A stretch of 64,000 nucleotides of DNA from Octopus sinensis (taxonomy: Eukaryota): positions 12,400,001 through 12,464,000 of the forward strand of contig NC_042998.1 of assembly GCF_006345805.1 (NCBI RefSeq), in the 5' to 3' direction. The notes beneath the pieces are model-generated. The model saw only the letters and a list, made by a program, of their open reading frames with translations. It was not told where the DNA came from and made no database searches. This document shows, in pieces, positions 13,201 to 25,180 of this stretch (its first letter is position 1; each line of letters starts with the position of its first letter). The position numbers were made by a program, and so were the translations under genes.

Positions 13201-14002
13201 TGCATACGCTTACTGCTTAAGAGGTCAAAATTTCAGAATGGAAAATCTGTCTATATCTATATCCGTTCTTTGCTATTGTTTTGGCGTTCTTTAAATAGTC
13301 AATACTGCTAATATCTACAGCGACTGCAAGACGAATTTAAATTAAGGATAAAAGAATAAAAAAATTTAAGACACATTAAAGTTTGGATATAACTTGCAAG
13401 GTTACTTGGACGAGCTGACATTTCGACACAATAAATAAAGTGAAAAGAAAGTTCTTATTTCTTTTTTTCTTATGTCTAGTTGAGTTAAAATGAATAACCA
13501 ATGGAAATTAACAAGAATTTTGTTGTCTGAAATGGTTTACAAGTGACACTTGAAAGCCAGTCTTCAAGGACTTCAAATAATTATAATTGTTTCGAAAGAA
13601 ATTGTCTTGTTGAATGTAAACATCTGTTTTGTATAACATGAAAAAAATATGAAAATCAATGTTGACAATATTTGCAAAATACAAATGAGGAAAATATAAG
13701 GAAATTAATAACTATATTATGCAATAATAATACGAACTGACGACATAAGAATTAATACACTTCGAAGAGAATGTAAAATAATTCATGTTTGGAACAGTGG
13801 ATCTTGAAGCTCTTAAAGCTGTTCCGAAAAAAGAAATAATTCAAGTTCTCTAGGAAATTTAGATATTTACGTAACACCGACAACACACAGTTCTCTCGTA
13901 AGAATAAAATTTATAAAATATTTAGTGAAATTCAAAGGATTGCTTTGGTCCAGTGGTAGGACAACTGTCATGTCTACATAGGCTATTGGTTCGAGTTTCA
14001 AA

Positions 14003-14233
14003 GGCGGTGAGTTGGCAGAAACGTTAGCACGCCGGGCGAAATGCTTCGCCGTATTTCGTCTGTCGTTACGTTCTGAGTTCAAATTCCGCCGAGGTCGACT
14101 TTGCCTTTCATCCTTTCGGGGTCGATAAATAAAGTACCGGTTTCGCAGTGGGGTCGATGTAATCGACTTAATCCCTTTGTCTGTCCTTGATTGTCTCCTC
14201 TGTGTTTAGCCTCTTGTGGGTAATAAAGAAATA
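14003..14233 (+). mobile_element. SINE family A, full length, 17 bp TSD
   Basis: TSD tattggttcgagtttca at 13984-14000 and 14234-14250. Confidence 0.95.
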
Positions 14234-14790
14234 TATTGGTTCGAGTTTCATGAGTAGTCGTCCACTTTTTCAATACCAAAAGTTTTTCAACCTAAAGTTT
14301 ACATGCTATTATTCATAGCTTTATGAGCTTCGGGATCCTTTTACCATAAAATTAAATTGAATGTTTCACTATATTCGTATATCTTACTAATTAATTGTAT
14401 CTCAGTTCAAAAGATGCGTATACATTTCTTCCCATAAACTTATCTCATGGAAATATTACAAAGTCTCCAATCACCATTTATAATTAACGTTGAACTGGAG
14501 AGAATGTCATCCAAGCTTTCGTAACGGGATGCCTTTCTTGATGTTACTGTTGTTTTGTTTATTGAATATGTTAATGATAGTGAGGTTATATTTGTTGCTG
14601 TAGCTGCTTTCTATTTTCCTCTTGACGACGATTTTATTGTCACATGTGTCATTGAACTTAATATGCTTATCTTAATTGTTGTTGGTTTCGTTTGTCGTCG
14701 ACGTCTTTATTATTATAAAAGAGTCAATTGTATTATTTGTCTTTCTGTCATTATTCTAGTCGCAGTTACCTTTATTAGAGGTTTTACTAT

Positions 14791-15176
14791 TGGAAGCACT
14801 CCGTCGGTTACGACGATGAGGGTTCCGGTTGATCCGAATCAACGGAACAGCCCGCTCGTGAAATTAACGCGTAAGTGGCTGAGCACTCCACAGACACGTG
14901 TACCCTTAACGTAGTTCTCGGGGATATTCAGCGTGACACAGAGAGTGACAAGGCCGGCCCTTTTGAAATACAGGTACAACAGAAACAGGAAGTAAGAGTG
15001 GGAGAAAGTTGTGGTGAAAGAGTACAGCAGGGATCACCACCATCCCCCGCCGGAGCTTCGTGGAGCTTTTAGGTGTTTTCGCTCAATAAACACTCACAAC
15101 GCCCAGTCTGAGAATCGAAACCGCGATCCTATGACCGCGAGTCCGCTGCCCTAACCACTGGGCCATTGCGCCTCCA
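14791..15176 (-). mobile_element. tRNA-derived SINE family C1, 13 bp TSD
   Basis: Reverse strand head ggaggcgcaatggcccagtggttagggcagcggactcgcggtcataggatcgcggtttcgattc has A and B boxes and an Arg-like ctcgcgg loop. TSD gaggttttactat at 14778-14790 and 15180-15192. May correspond to the published octopus OR-type SINEs (unverified). Confidence 0.9.
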
Positions 15177-15933
15177 CTTGAGGTTTTACTATAGACGTTC
15201 GGTCTTTGATGATTCTTAAAATAGTTATTGACGATGAGGTTGTTTCTGATTGCTGTTATTCTTGCTGGTTTCCTAGTCATCCAACTTTGAGCCCCGCGGA
15301 TGTTTTGCATGATGGGATTACTGGTTTCTAAGTTTTCTCGAAATCACAAAAGAATTCAAAGAGCTGTCAACATATTTAGAGTTGCCGCCATCGCATATAC
15401 CATGGCAATTTAACACTGACCTACTTTTCAACTGAAGCTATTTTTAAACATAATTTTTTTCAGTAAGGTTTAATTTCTTGAAATTTGTCGTTATATAATT
15501 AAAAATTAAGATAATAATACAACGGAATCTTACTTCTATAATAATCCATATTCATTGAAATGTTTTGAACTTGACAGAATATTTTTTCTTTTAACATCTG
15601 TTGTTTATAACGATGAAGAGTTGCTGTCATTTTAGCTTTACATGGAAACAGTATATTCAAGTATCAGTTCATCAAATCAAATAAACGTTCAATGTTATGC
15701 TACATTTCGCCAATTTTGTGGATAAAATCGGAAAAAATATGTGTGCAGTTAGCCAGAATAGATACTTATCGGACAAGAAGAAAGAGAGCAAGGAAAAAGA
15801 TGTATTGCTCTAAAGAGCCGCTACTGGTGAATTAGATAATCATAGATCATATCAAAACGAAATAAAAAAAAGCAAAAAAAAAAAAACATTAGCACAGCAT
15901 GGATTGAATATCAAAAAATGCTTTATAACATAC

Positions 15934-16035
15934 CATATTCTTAGATGCTGTAGGCACTCCATATAAAATATCATCTCCAATATTAACATAGTTGAATGAC
16001 CATGCCATATCATGTTGGAGGACGAACATATCGCT
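15934..16035 (-). CDS. Candidate internal exon (102 nt, phase 0-0) of an unidentified host gene
   Basis: Strong acceptor ttttctttttttctccctag and donor ATG|gtatgt. Open frame SDMFVLQHDMAWSFNYVNIGDDILYGVPTASKNM. A second frame is also open. No family recognised. Confidence 0.45.
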
Positions 16036-17092
16036 CTAGGGAGAAAAAAGAAAATAATTAAAACAAGATCTATATCCATATGTAGCAAAATCGATCATGA
16101 AGGCTATTCCTTTCTACTCCTCTGCTCTGAGCCAATTTACTAATATGTTGAAGGAAACCATCAATGATTATAAAAGTTAGAGAAAAATTATATACAACGC
16201 TCCACTTGTTTCCACGGTTGTATATGCAATGAAATGTGTGATTCGATTGAGTACGTACCATAAGTTTGTTCATGGTTTTTATATATTCATATTTGATTAA
16301 GTTCATGTCTTCACATATGCGCCAAAATTGACATACGAAGAGGCAAATGAACTGAAAATTTAAAGTGAATCCATGCAGTGAACTAAAAAAAATTAGGACA
16401 GAACAACCTATGTTCTTAGAGGTAAAATAATGTCATGATGTAAGACAAAAATTAATTACCCGGTATATACACACACACAAACACACACACAGATATAAAT
16501 ATATATATATTTAAATATGGAATAAAAGAAATAAGTTAATTGATAGAAATACACTTACTATATCTGGTGTAAATTATAAATTAAAGATTTTAAATCGTAG
16601 ACTGGTAAGTAAAGTGTTTAGACAAGCATATTACAACACTGTTCGAAAATTGCCCTTAAGGAGCATTTACATATAAAATACAACTACTCTTCGTAAATGA
16701 ATTTATGTCCAGGTGTATATACGGAGCCATTTAATTGACACAATCTTATAAATTAAAAACAACGGCTAAACAAGCTATGTATGAAAACCGCAAGTGGTAA
16801 CAATCTAATTTAATAAGTAAAAATGAAAAAAAAGGAAGAAGTTAAAACACCTTCAGATATACGAATATAAATATGTATATATAATATATATATATATATG
16901 TATATTTGTGTGTGTGTGTGTGTATATTTTATAATGATATACATAATTATAACAAGGGGTCAGCTTTATGCCTCACCACGCACCGTAAGAAATAGACGCT
17001 AAAGTAATTTTTACTACTTTAAAATCTCCGAGAATAACTCAGTTTATTGTAGGCAGGCAAAAGAAAATTAATGAATCAATAAGGCTGATTAA

Positions 17093-17153
17093 CTATGGAC
17101 GCGTTTCGAACTTAAAGTAAAAAATTTTTACTTACTGTTACTCTTCAGCATAG
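17093..17153 (-). ncRNA. Minimal type I hammerhead ribozyme (PLE-type, palindromic stem III)
   Basis: Reverse strand: CUAUG-CUGAAGA-G[uaacaguaaguaaaaauuuuuuacuuuaaguu]C-GAA-ACGCGU-C^CAUAG. Stem I is a perfect 5 bp, the core is intact and the triplet is GUC. Confidence 0.85.
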
Positions 17154-17458
17154 TATTATATATATATGTATGTATGTATGTATGTAATAATTTTGACAAA
17201 AAAGTATAAGTCAATTAGTGTGTTTAAATGTTGAATAGAGCACCAGCCTATGTAGGCTACTTGTTGGCATCCGCAGTCGTGGTACACTTCTGTTCGATCT
17301 ACTTCAGGAACTCCGAAGTTGCAACTAGGGTAATAATATTAACAGAAGGCGGATTCAGTATTACATATTTATTGGGTACATCATTGTCTGGTTTTCACCA
17401 GGTACCTCGATAAGTCAGCCGACACTAAAAATCTGTTGTGAGACATATCTTTATCGCT

Positions 17459-17503
17459 GTACCTGATGAGACCCAGATTGATGGGTCGAAACATATGTTG
17501 TAC
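17459..17503 (+). ncRNA. Minimal type I hammerhead ribozyme (PLE-type, palindromic stem III)
   Basis: GUAC-CUGAUGA-GACCC[agauugau]GGGUC-GAA-ACAUAUGU-U^GUAC. Stem I is 4 bp, stem II is 5 bp, the core is intact and the triplet is GUU. Confidence 0.85.
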
Positions 17504-17529
17504 CCAATAAAGATTTAATACCGAATCCA

Positions 17530-17539
17530 TATATATTAT

Positions 17540-17626
<87 letters not shown>

Positions 17627-17715
17627 TGTATCTATATGTATATATATGTATATATGTATATGTATATATGTATATTGTGTGTATATATATATAAATAAAT
17701 ATATATATATATATT
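17530..17715. repeat. (TA)n/(TATG)n microsatellite
   Basis: Read directly. Confidence 0.97.
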
Positions 17716-18179
17716 TGTAAAAAATGAAGTTCGAAAATGCTGCTGTATTATACAATTTTTAATTTTTATATATACATTTAACATGTTTCAGTTCCTGAAA
17801 TGAACCTTATCAAAAAAAGTTATATATAAAAAGAGACAGCTCATGCCGTCAAACACAAGAAATTCATTTATAATACACAACGGAGTCAGACATCTTAGAG
17901 TTCATGTATAGTTGATATATAGTTCATGTATAATTGATATATAGTTTGAAGTATATGTTCAAAGTGTTCGATGCAGTGGCTCACGGTGGCGATACGTATT
18001 CAATACAAAAAACAGATCAAAGTAGTGGAAAGCGGTCAATACAGAAGATTGATGTTTCCGAAAGAGCGAGGAATTCATTTTTACCTTAAGCAATTGTGAT
18101 GACCCATGGTGGAAGTTCGCTGGGTGGTTCTAGTGAGTTTTTGTGAAATGCTCGGTTTTATAATGCCTGTTAGGTGGAC

Positions 18180-18218
<39 letters not shown>

Positions 18219-18732
18219 TATGTCATTAGTTTATTTCAAGTTTTCTTGCCAATAGAGAAAGAACCGGTTTCTAACCTAGATCCATTGGAATATTATCAAC
18301 AACAGGGTATTTTTGTTTGTGTGTATGTATGTATGTTTGTGCAGATTTGTATGTTTTATGTATGTATTCTCATGCATATAGTTAATATCTAGATATGCTC
18401 ATATATATTTAAATGATAAAGTTCTGGAAAGTTTTACAGATTTTTAGTTCCAGTGATGGATTAGATCTGTAGTCTTTCCCCTTTCTGTTTTTGAGAAGCC
18501 TAATTTTTCAAGATTGGTATTTAGGTAGTGTGTTACATATCCCAGGGCCCCAATAATTACCTGAACTTGTAATCTGGATAGAGTAGATGAATATTTCTCA
18601 ATAGTTCAGCATAGGTGTTTTCTTTTTCACTGATCTTCAACTTTATCCACTGGGCAGCTAATTTCCAGAACTGAGCACAGATTTATGTTGTATGTCTGTT
18701 TGTACGGATGTGTGTATATGTGTGTATGTATG

Positions 18733-18792
<60 letters not shown>

Positions 18793-20823
18793 TGTGTGTC
18801 AGGAAACAATAAATTACAAACAACAAAACGAACATTTATTTTCTGTACGACCTGGAAAGTTAAAGAACCACCATATAATTATTATACTTTCATAGTTGGA
18901 AGCAAATCAAACCATTGGACGTATAGAAGAAAAATTTGCTCATATTATATTTGCACAGATACAGTACCTCGCAACATACAAAGCGTTTGAATGAAATAAT
19001 TAAACGTGAGACGTATATCAAATGCAGGCTCTTCAATCAGTAAATTGTGACATTTGAGCACATCATTTAGTGGCCTTCCCAGTTCTTGCAACTTTATAAT
19101 ATATTCACAGACACGGCTGTACCGGTATTTATGCCCGTTAGACAATATGTCAATACTTCGCCGTGAAAATTGAGATGTATTATCACGAAGCTAAAATTGT
19201 ATATAAAAGCAATATCATAATGATGATGTGTGACATGATTATTCAGACAGAGAAAAAAAAATCAAGACACGAGTCGTTCAGATATAATTAGCTATCAAAT
19301 CTGTATTCTCATTGTTATCCTGAACAAAATATATTTTGGTACGAAATGGAGAAATTAACAATTAGCAAGAATGATGGAAAGGAAATAAATATATGTGAAA
19401 ATACGAATGTATAATAAGAAGCAATATTTAGAGTACAATGGATTATAAAGAGAAGCACGAAGTAAAAATTATATCATGGTTTAGAATTCTACACACAATG
19501 CACTCAATAGCACTGTTAGGCACATTCTAAGCTAGAACGTTGCAGCTCAATGTAATTTACAAAAGCTCCACTATTTGTAAAATAGACCAAGCAATGCTTG
19601 TTTACTGCTAAGGAATTTGTAAGACGAAACAATGTATTTTTTATTCTTCTATTACAGCCCCAAACCTCAATGTACATAGCATAACATTTGTTAAGAATGC
19701 AAAATTTGAATCAAGGTGTTTAAAGAATTATGTATTGGATCTTAAAACTACTGGTAAAGTCTCGTGCATTTTGCGTATTTAATGTGTATCATACTTGATA
19801 TATAGGAGCTGCAAACGTAAACCCGATATGCTATGGTAGAGAAAACCTGTCGAACAAGGGAAAATAAGAGAAGAAAAAAAGTGATAGAGAAGCAGCAGTA
19901 GTGAGGTAGAGGGAAACGTTGAGGTGAGAAGTGGAAGAATAAGTATGGAATTACTGATCTAAAAGAAGAATAAAACATCTGTTTAAATCCGTCGATTTCT
20001 AAGCCCAGAATTCATTTTGGGAAAACAGGTTGCCGCTTTATCAAATGCTTTCTGCAGAACATTCGAAGTACATTACTACGTATGCCAAACCAACGTGTCA
20101 CCACCATGCTTCAAGACAACCAACTATTTCATTATCAATTTTTCCTCGATCAGCATCTATACACACTATTAATCTGCATAGGTAAGAAAACAGGAGGAAC
20201 AATACTTCATAGTCAAACTTGGAACAATGACACCGACGGAATTACTTTAACGTTTACACATCCTCTTTGATCCGTAATTCTTATACTTATTCTTCCACTT
20301 CCTTCTCACTTAATTCCCCAGCTCCTGGTGCCTCTCTTTCACTTTTTATTTCTCCTTTCACCTTCTCTCTCTCATAGAACACTCTGTCTATGTGCGCAGC
20401 TCACATTGCCTTGTGTTTTCCGTCAGTTGCAATTGGTTTATCAAACATGGAGGACGTAAAACTCTGCTGTCTTTCTTTTAGCTCGCTTCCGCTATTTTTA
20501 TGGTGATGAAGGTAACCGTCCAAAACGTTAGATACTCCGCGCCCAACGGCAATTACTCTACGTCCTCCGTCGTTTTTTCCCATGTCAAAGAAGAGCAGAA
20601 ACGAATATCTCGTGACCGTGTTATCTTTCTCGACGTATATATATATATATAGTAATATATGCATGCCTAAAAGAATTGCAGAAAATGTTCGATTTACGAA
20701 ACATAGAAATAGATATAACCAAGATGTCAGTATTAAAAATATGGAGAATCTCCATAATTATGTGATAATCAGAAATGTATATATAGAAGGTTGCATATGT
20801 ACAACTAATGTGCAGGTGACACA

Positions 20824-20875
<52 letters not shown>

Positions 20876-21894
20876 TACACACAACTTACAAAACTTTGGC
20901 TCGTCTCGGCAACGAACATATGAGAGTACGCTCAATAAAACATAGATAAAAACCAAATCAAAACACATCAGGTACACAAGGTACGCAAGAGGACGCTATG
21001 TTATGCAGAAAAAAAGAAAAGAACAACATAAGAATACTGATATAAATAGTAAGGCAATGATACAAACAACAACAATCATAAGAAAAAGAAAATAATAATT
21101 ATTGCTTTTTGTCGATGTTTATATAGGTAACATCTGCTAGCACAATATATGTATTTATATAATCTCAATAGACTATCAACCAAATATATACTGAAGTTAT
21201 TAAGATGGTATCTATGATCTCTTTTATAAACACACGCAATAGTTATATAGGTACATACATACATACATACATAACTACATACATACATACGTACGTACCT
21301 ACATACGTACATATAAGCATACATCATATATATTTATAATATAATTGTGTGAGTGTTTGTGCGTGTATGAGTATACATGCGTATTACGCGAACGTGTGTG
21401 TATAATCATGACTGGAATTTGTTGATGGCATTCGTAAACAACATAATTATTTCTCTTGTGTATACATTTATAATTGGGTTTTAGAGAGTAAGTCAATTTG
21501 AAGTAAATAACTACGACCAACCATAACATTAAAAAATAACTCAACGGATATAAAATGTATCTTCTTCAACGTTTTGAGTGCGTTCAGTGAAATATTCTTA
21601 GTCTTGGTAGTATTTGTCAGCTAAATGGTATTTAGTAAACAATGAGGAACTGAACATTAGACCTGTTATTTATGTACATCGTCAAATTATGCTCCATCAG
21701 AATATATTTATTCAGTCAATTTATTCTTCCGCGTATGGCTGGTAAGCCAAGACAAAAACTGTATTTTATTTTATCTTCTGTTTTTTTTTCATTTACCGTG
21801 TTTTCTTTTCTTCATTCTTCATTTATGTCGTATAATACATCAGATACAAATGAAATAAGAAAAAAAGTAAAGAGGAATGTGATGACAACGATGT

Positions 21895-23190
21895 AGATGA
21901 CGACGACGAGGAAGAAGAAGAAGAAGAAGGAGGAGGAGGAGAAAAAGAAGAAAAAGAAGGAGGAGAAGAAGAAGAATGAGGAGGAGGAGAAGAAGGAAGG
22001 GAAGAAGGAGGAGAAGAAGAAGAGGAGGAAGTAAAGTAAGAAGAAGCAGAAGCAGCAGCAGCAGCAGAAGGAGAAGAAAGAAAAGAAGAAGAAGAAGGAG
22101 AGTAGGAGGAGGAAGAAGAAGCAGAAGAAGAAGAAGAAGGAGAGCAGGAGGAGGAAGAAGAAGCAGAATCACTAGCAGCAGCAGCAGAAGAAGAAGAAGA
22201 AGAAGAAGAAGAAGAAGAAGAAGATGAAGAAGAAGAAGAAGAGGAAGAACAAACAGAAGAAGAAGAAAATGAAGAAGAAGAAGAAGAAGAAGAAGAAGAA
22301 GAAAGAGAAGAAGAAGAAAAGAAAAGAATAAGGAGAGCATTATGACTAAGAAGGCAAATCATAATAGCAGAAGGCAGCAGACAGAAGAAGAGAAGAAGAA
22401 GAAGAAAAAAGATGAAGAAGAGAAGAAGAAGAAGAACAAACAGAATAGAAGAAAATTAAGAAGAAGAAGAAGATACGAAGAAAGAAGAAGAAGAAATAAG
22501 ACGAGGGCAGGAGATGAAGAAGAAGCAGAATCACTAGCAGCATCAGCAGCAGAAGAAGAAGAAGAATAAGAATAAGAAGAAAGAAGGAAGAAGAGAAGAA
22601 GCAGAAGAATAAGAAGAAGAAGAAGAGAGCAGTAGTATGAAGAAGAAGAAGCAGAATCACTAGCAAAGCAGCAGCAAAAGAAGAAGAAGAGAAGATAATA
22701 AGAAGAAAAGAAGAAGAATAAGAAGAAGAAGAAGAAGAAGCATAAGCAGAAGAAGACTAAGAAGGAGAGCAGGAGGAGGAAGAAGAAGCAGAATCACTCA
22801 GCAGCAGCAAATAAAGAAGAAGAATAGATAATAAGAATAAGATTAAGAAAGAATAATAAGAAGTGAATAAAACAAACAAGAAGAAGAATAAAATTAGAAG
22901 AATAATAATAAGAAGAAGAATAAGAAGAAGAAGAAGAATCAGAAGAAGAAGAGAGAATAGCAGTTATAGGTAAGAAGAATAAGAATCACTGAGTGACAAG
23001 CATCAGCAGAAGAGAATAAGAAGAAGAATAATAATAATATAATAAAAAGAATAAGATCCTAATAATAAATAGGAATAACAAACAGAATAAGAAGAAAATG
23101 AAGAATAAGAAGAGAAGAAGACGAAGAAGAAGAAGAAGAAGAAGAAGAAGAATAAGAAGAAGAAAAAGAAGAAGAAGAAACGAATGAAGC
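21895..23190. repeat. 1.3 kb (GAA/GGA/GCA)n purine-rich low-complexity tract
   Basis: Read directly. Source of the poly-S, poly-L, poly-R and poly-E ORFs. Confidence 0.98.
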
Positions 23191-24066
23191 ACAGATGAAG
23201 ACAGCTAAATTTTGCTTTTGCGTTTGAATTATTTTGAATATCCCATGAACTTATTATTCTTGTATTTATCGCCAGTTCAAGCTGTTTGGGCAGATCTGTG
23301 AGCAAGTACATTTATACCACAAGTTCCCGGTGAAATTCAGGCATACGTGTATAGGTTGTAGTATGACTTTCATTCTGAGACACTAAAATGTGAGTGTTGT
23401 GAAAAATTACTGCTTTTTCCAGTAGATCGAAGTGTATAGAAAAGTTTATTTCTTGCTTCTGGAGATCAGATGTAGAATAATCGAAAATGAGAGTCAATCA
23501 GATGGAAGATTTAGTTAAATATAATTTCATATCAAACACCCAGTGTCGGCTTTATTAATTAACTGCTTTCATGTATGATAAAGATCTCATCTAATTAAGT
23601 TAATATGAAGGATTTCAGTCAATTAGTCGAAGAGGTGTCACGATACACACGTCGAGCTAAAGAAGGATTTCGTACATAACAACTCAGCCTGGAAGAAATT
23701 TCAGCAATTCTCCCTCAAATCATAGCCTTAATATTCTGTCATAAATAACAAAGGTCCTACTGGTTAGTGTTGTCGCAGGTACGTTGTGTCTGAAAACCGG
23801 ATGAGACGATGAAACTAGGAACGCCTTTGATCTTGTGCTTCTTTAATCATAAGGTAGGCCGTGGGGAGGCAACCACTATGGCTACACTACAACAGCCTAA
23901 ACACCACTACCTCACCACCAGCATCTCTAGCATCACCATTATCCTCTTCATCACCACCATCACCTCACCACCACCGACTTAGAGTTTACCGTCTCTTCTT
24001 TACAACAACCCCTTCTCTGCTCAGAGCAGAACTTTGTTGAAAAGCATTCTCACTGATAGCGTCCTG

Positions 24067-24097
<31 letters not shown>

Positions 24098-24106
24098 CTA
24101 TATATA

Positions 24107-24546
24107 GGCGCAGGAGTAGCTGTGTGGTAAGTAGCTTGTTTACCAACAACATGGTTCTGGGTTCAGTCCCACTGCGTGACACCTTGGGCAAGTGTCTTCT
24201 ACTATAGACTCGGGCCGACCAAAGCCTTGTGAGTGGATTTGGTAGACGGAAACTGAAAGAAGCCCGTCGTATATATGTATATATATATATGTATATATAT
24301 ATATATGTATATATATGTGTGCGTGTATGTTTGTATGTCTGTGTTTGGCCCCCAACATCGCTTGACAATCGATGTTGGTGTGTTTATGTCCCAGTTACTT
24401 GGCGGTTCGGCAAAAGAGACCGATAGAATAAGTACTGGGCTTACAAAAGAATAAGTCCCGGGATCGAGTTGCTTGATTAAAGGCGGTGCTCCAGCATGGC
24501 CGCAGTCAAATGACTGAAACAAGTAAAAGAGAAAGAGAAAGAGAGA
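24107..24546 (+). mobile_element. SINE family B, full length
   Basis: ggcgcaggagtagctgtgtggtaag...gactgaaacaagtaaaagagaaagagaaag. Inserted next to (TA)n. Confidence 0.94.
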
Positions 24547-24619
24547 TATACCTGTAGTACCTTAATATCCAGCACGTGATTTTTCAAGAGCAAGATGGAA
24601 TCGGTACGAGGGCGATTGG

Positions 24620-24830
24620 CTCCAGCTTGGGCTGGTTTGTTAGCACATAATTAGTCGGATTTGTGGTGGTGGTAAATGGGAAGATGGCAGGCAGTGGTTT
24701 TCTTGTGGCAGCGCGTTTAGTAGTGTTTGTACGTTCAGGAACATTTCATTTTCTTTAGGTATCATTGAAGTTTCTATGTGAGTTTAGGTAGAACGTGAAA
24801 CTGCGAAATCTGGTAGTTAGGATATACTGA
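24620..24830 (-). pseudogene. Possible eroded Penelope-like RT fragment
   Basis: Reverse strand QISQFHVLPKL(H)RN resembles the PLE RT motif P-x-FY-x-LPK-x-HK. It needs a frameshift and the support is a short motif only. Confidence 0.35.
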
Positions 24831-25026
24831 TCATGATAATAAGATCCTGAGCTCAATACCGGGACATCGTGGATAGCCCACTGGGTCAAGTTTAGGTAAC
24901 ATGAGTTGTTCATGACCAACGCCTTTTGCGAAAACATGGTGCATGATACAAAAACTTTTTCCCTCGGAATGAATGCCTCGGTTGAACAAGTTATCGCCGG
25001 CTACAAGCTTTCTAAAAGCCATACTG

Positions 25027-25180
25027 ATAGGGGAATTGAAATAGGGGAATTGAAATAGGGGAATTGAAATAGGGGAATTGAAATAGGGGAATTGAAATAG
25101 GGGAATTGAAATAGGGGAATTGAAATAGGGGAATTGAAATAGGGGAATTGAAATAGGGGAATTGAAATAGGGGAATTGAA
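25027..25180. repeat. Perfect 14 bp minisatellite (ATAGGGGAATTGAA)x11
   Basis: 154 bp made of 11 identical units. Confidence 0.98.

Noticed and set aside
9246-15176. SINE heads as genuine tRNA genes
   Set aside because: They have A and B boxes but no complete cloverleaf or acceptor stem, and they continue into SINE bodies with TSDs.
20447-20506. Plus-strand first coding exon starting MEDVKLCC in a CpG-richer patch
   Set aside because: The frame stops at TGA before the putative donor. The minus-strand ORF 20401-20664 has no recognisable homology either.
25027-25180. 14-mer array as a CRISPR array, telomere or coding repeat (FNSPISIPLFQFPY)
   Set aside because: No spacers, not TTAGGG, interstitial, and the peptide is only the three-frame cycle of the unit.
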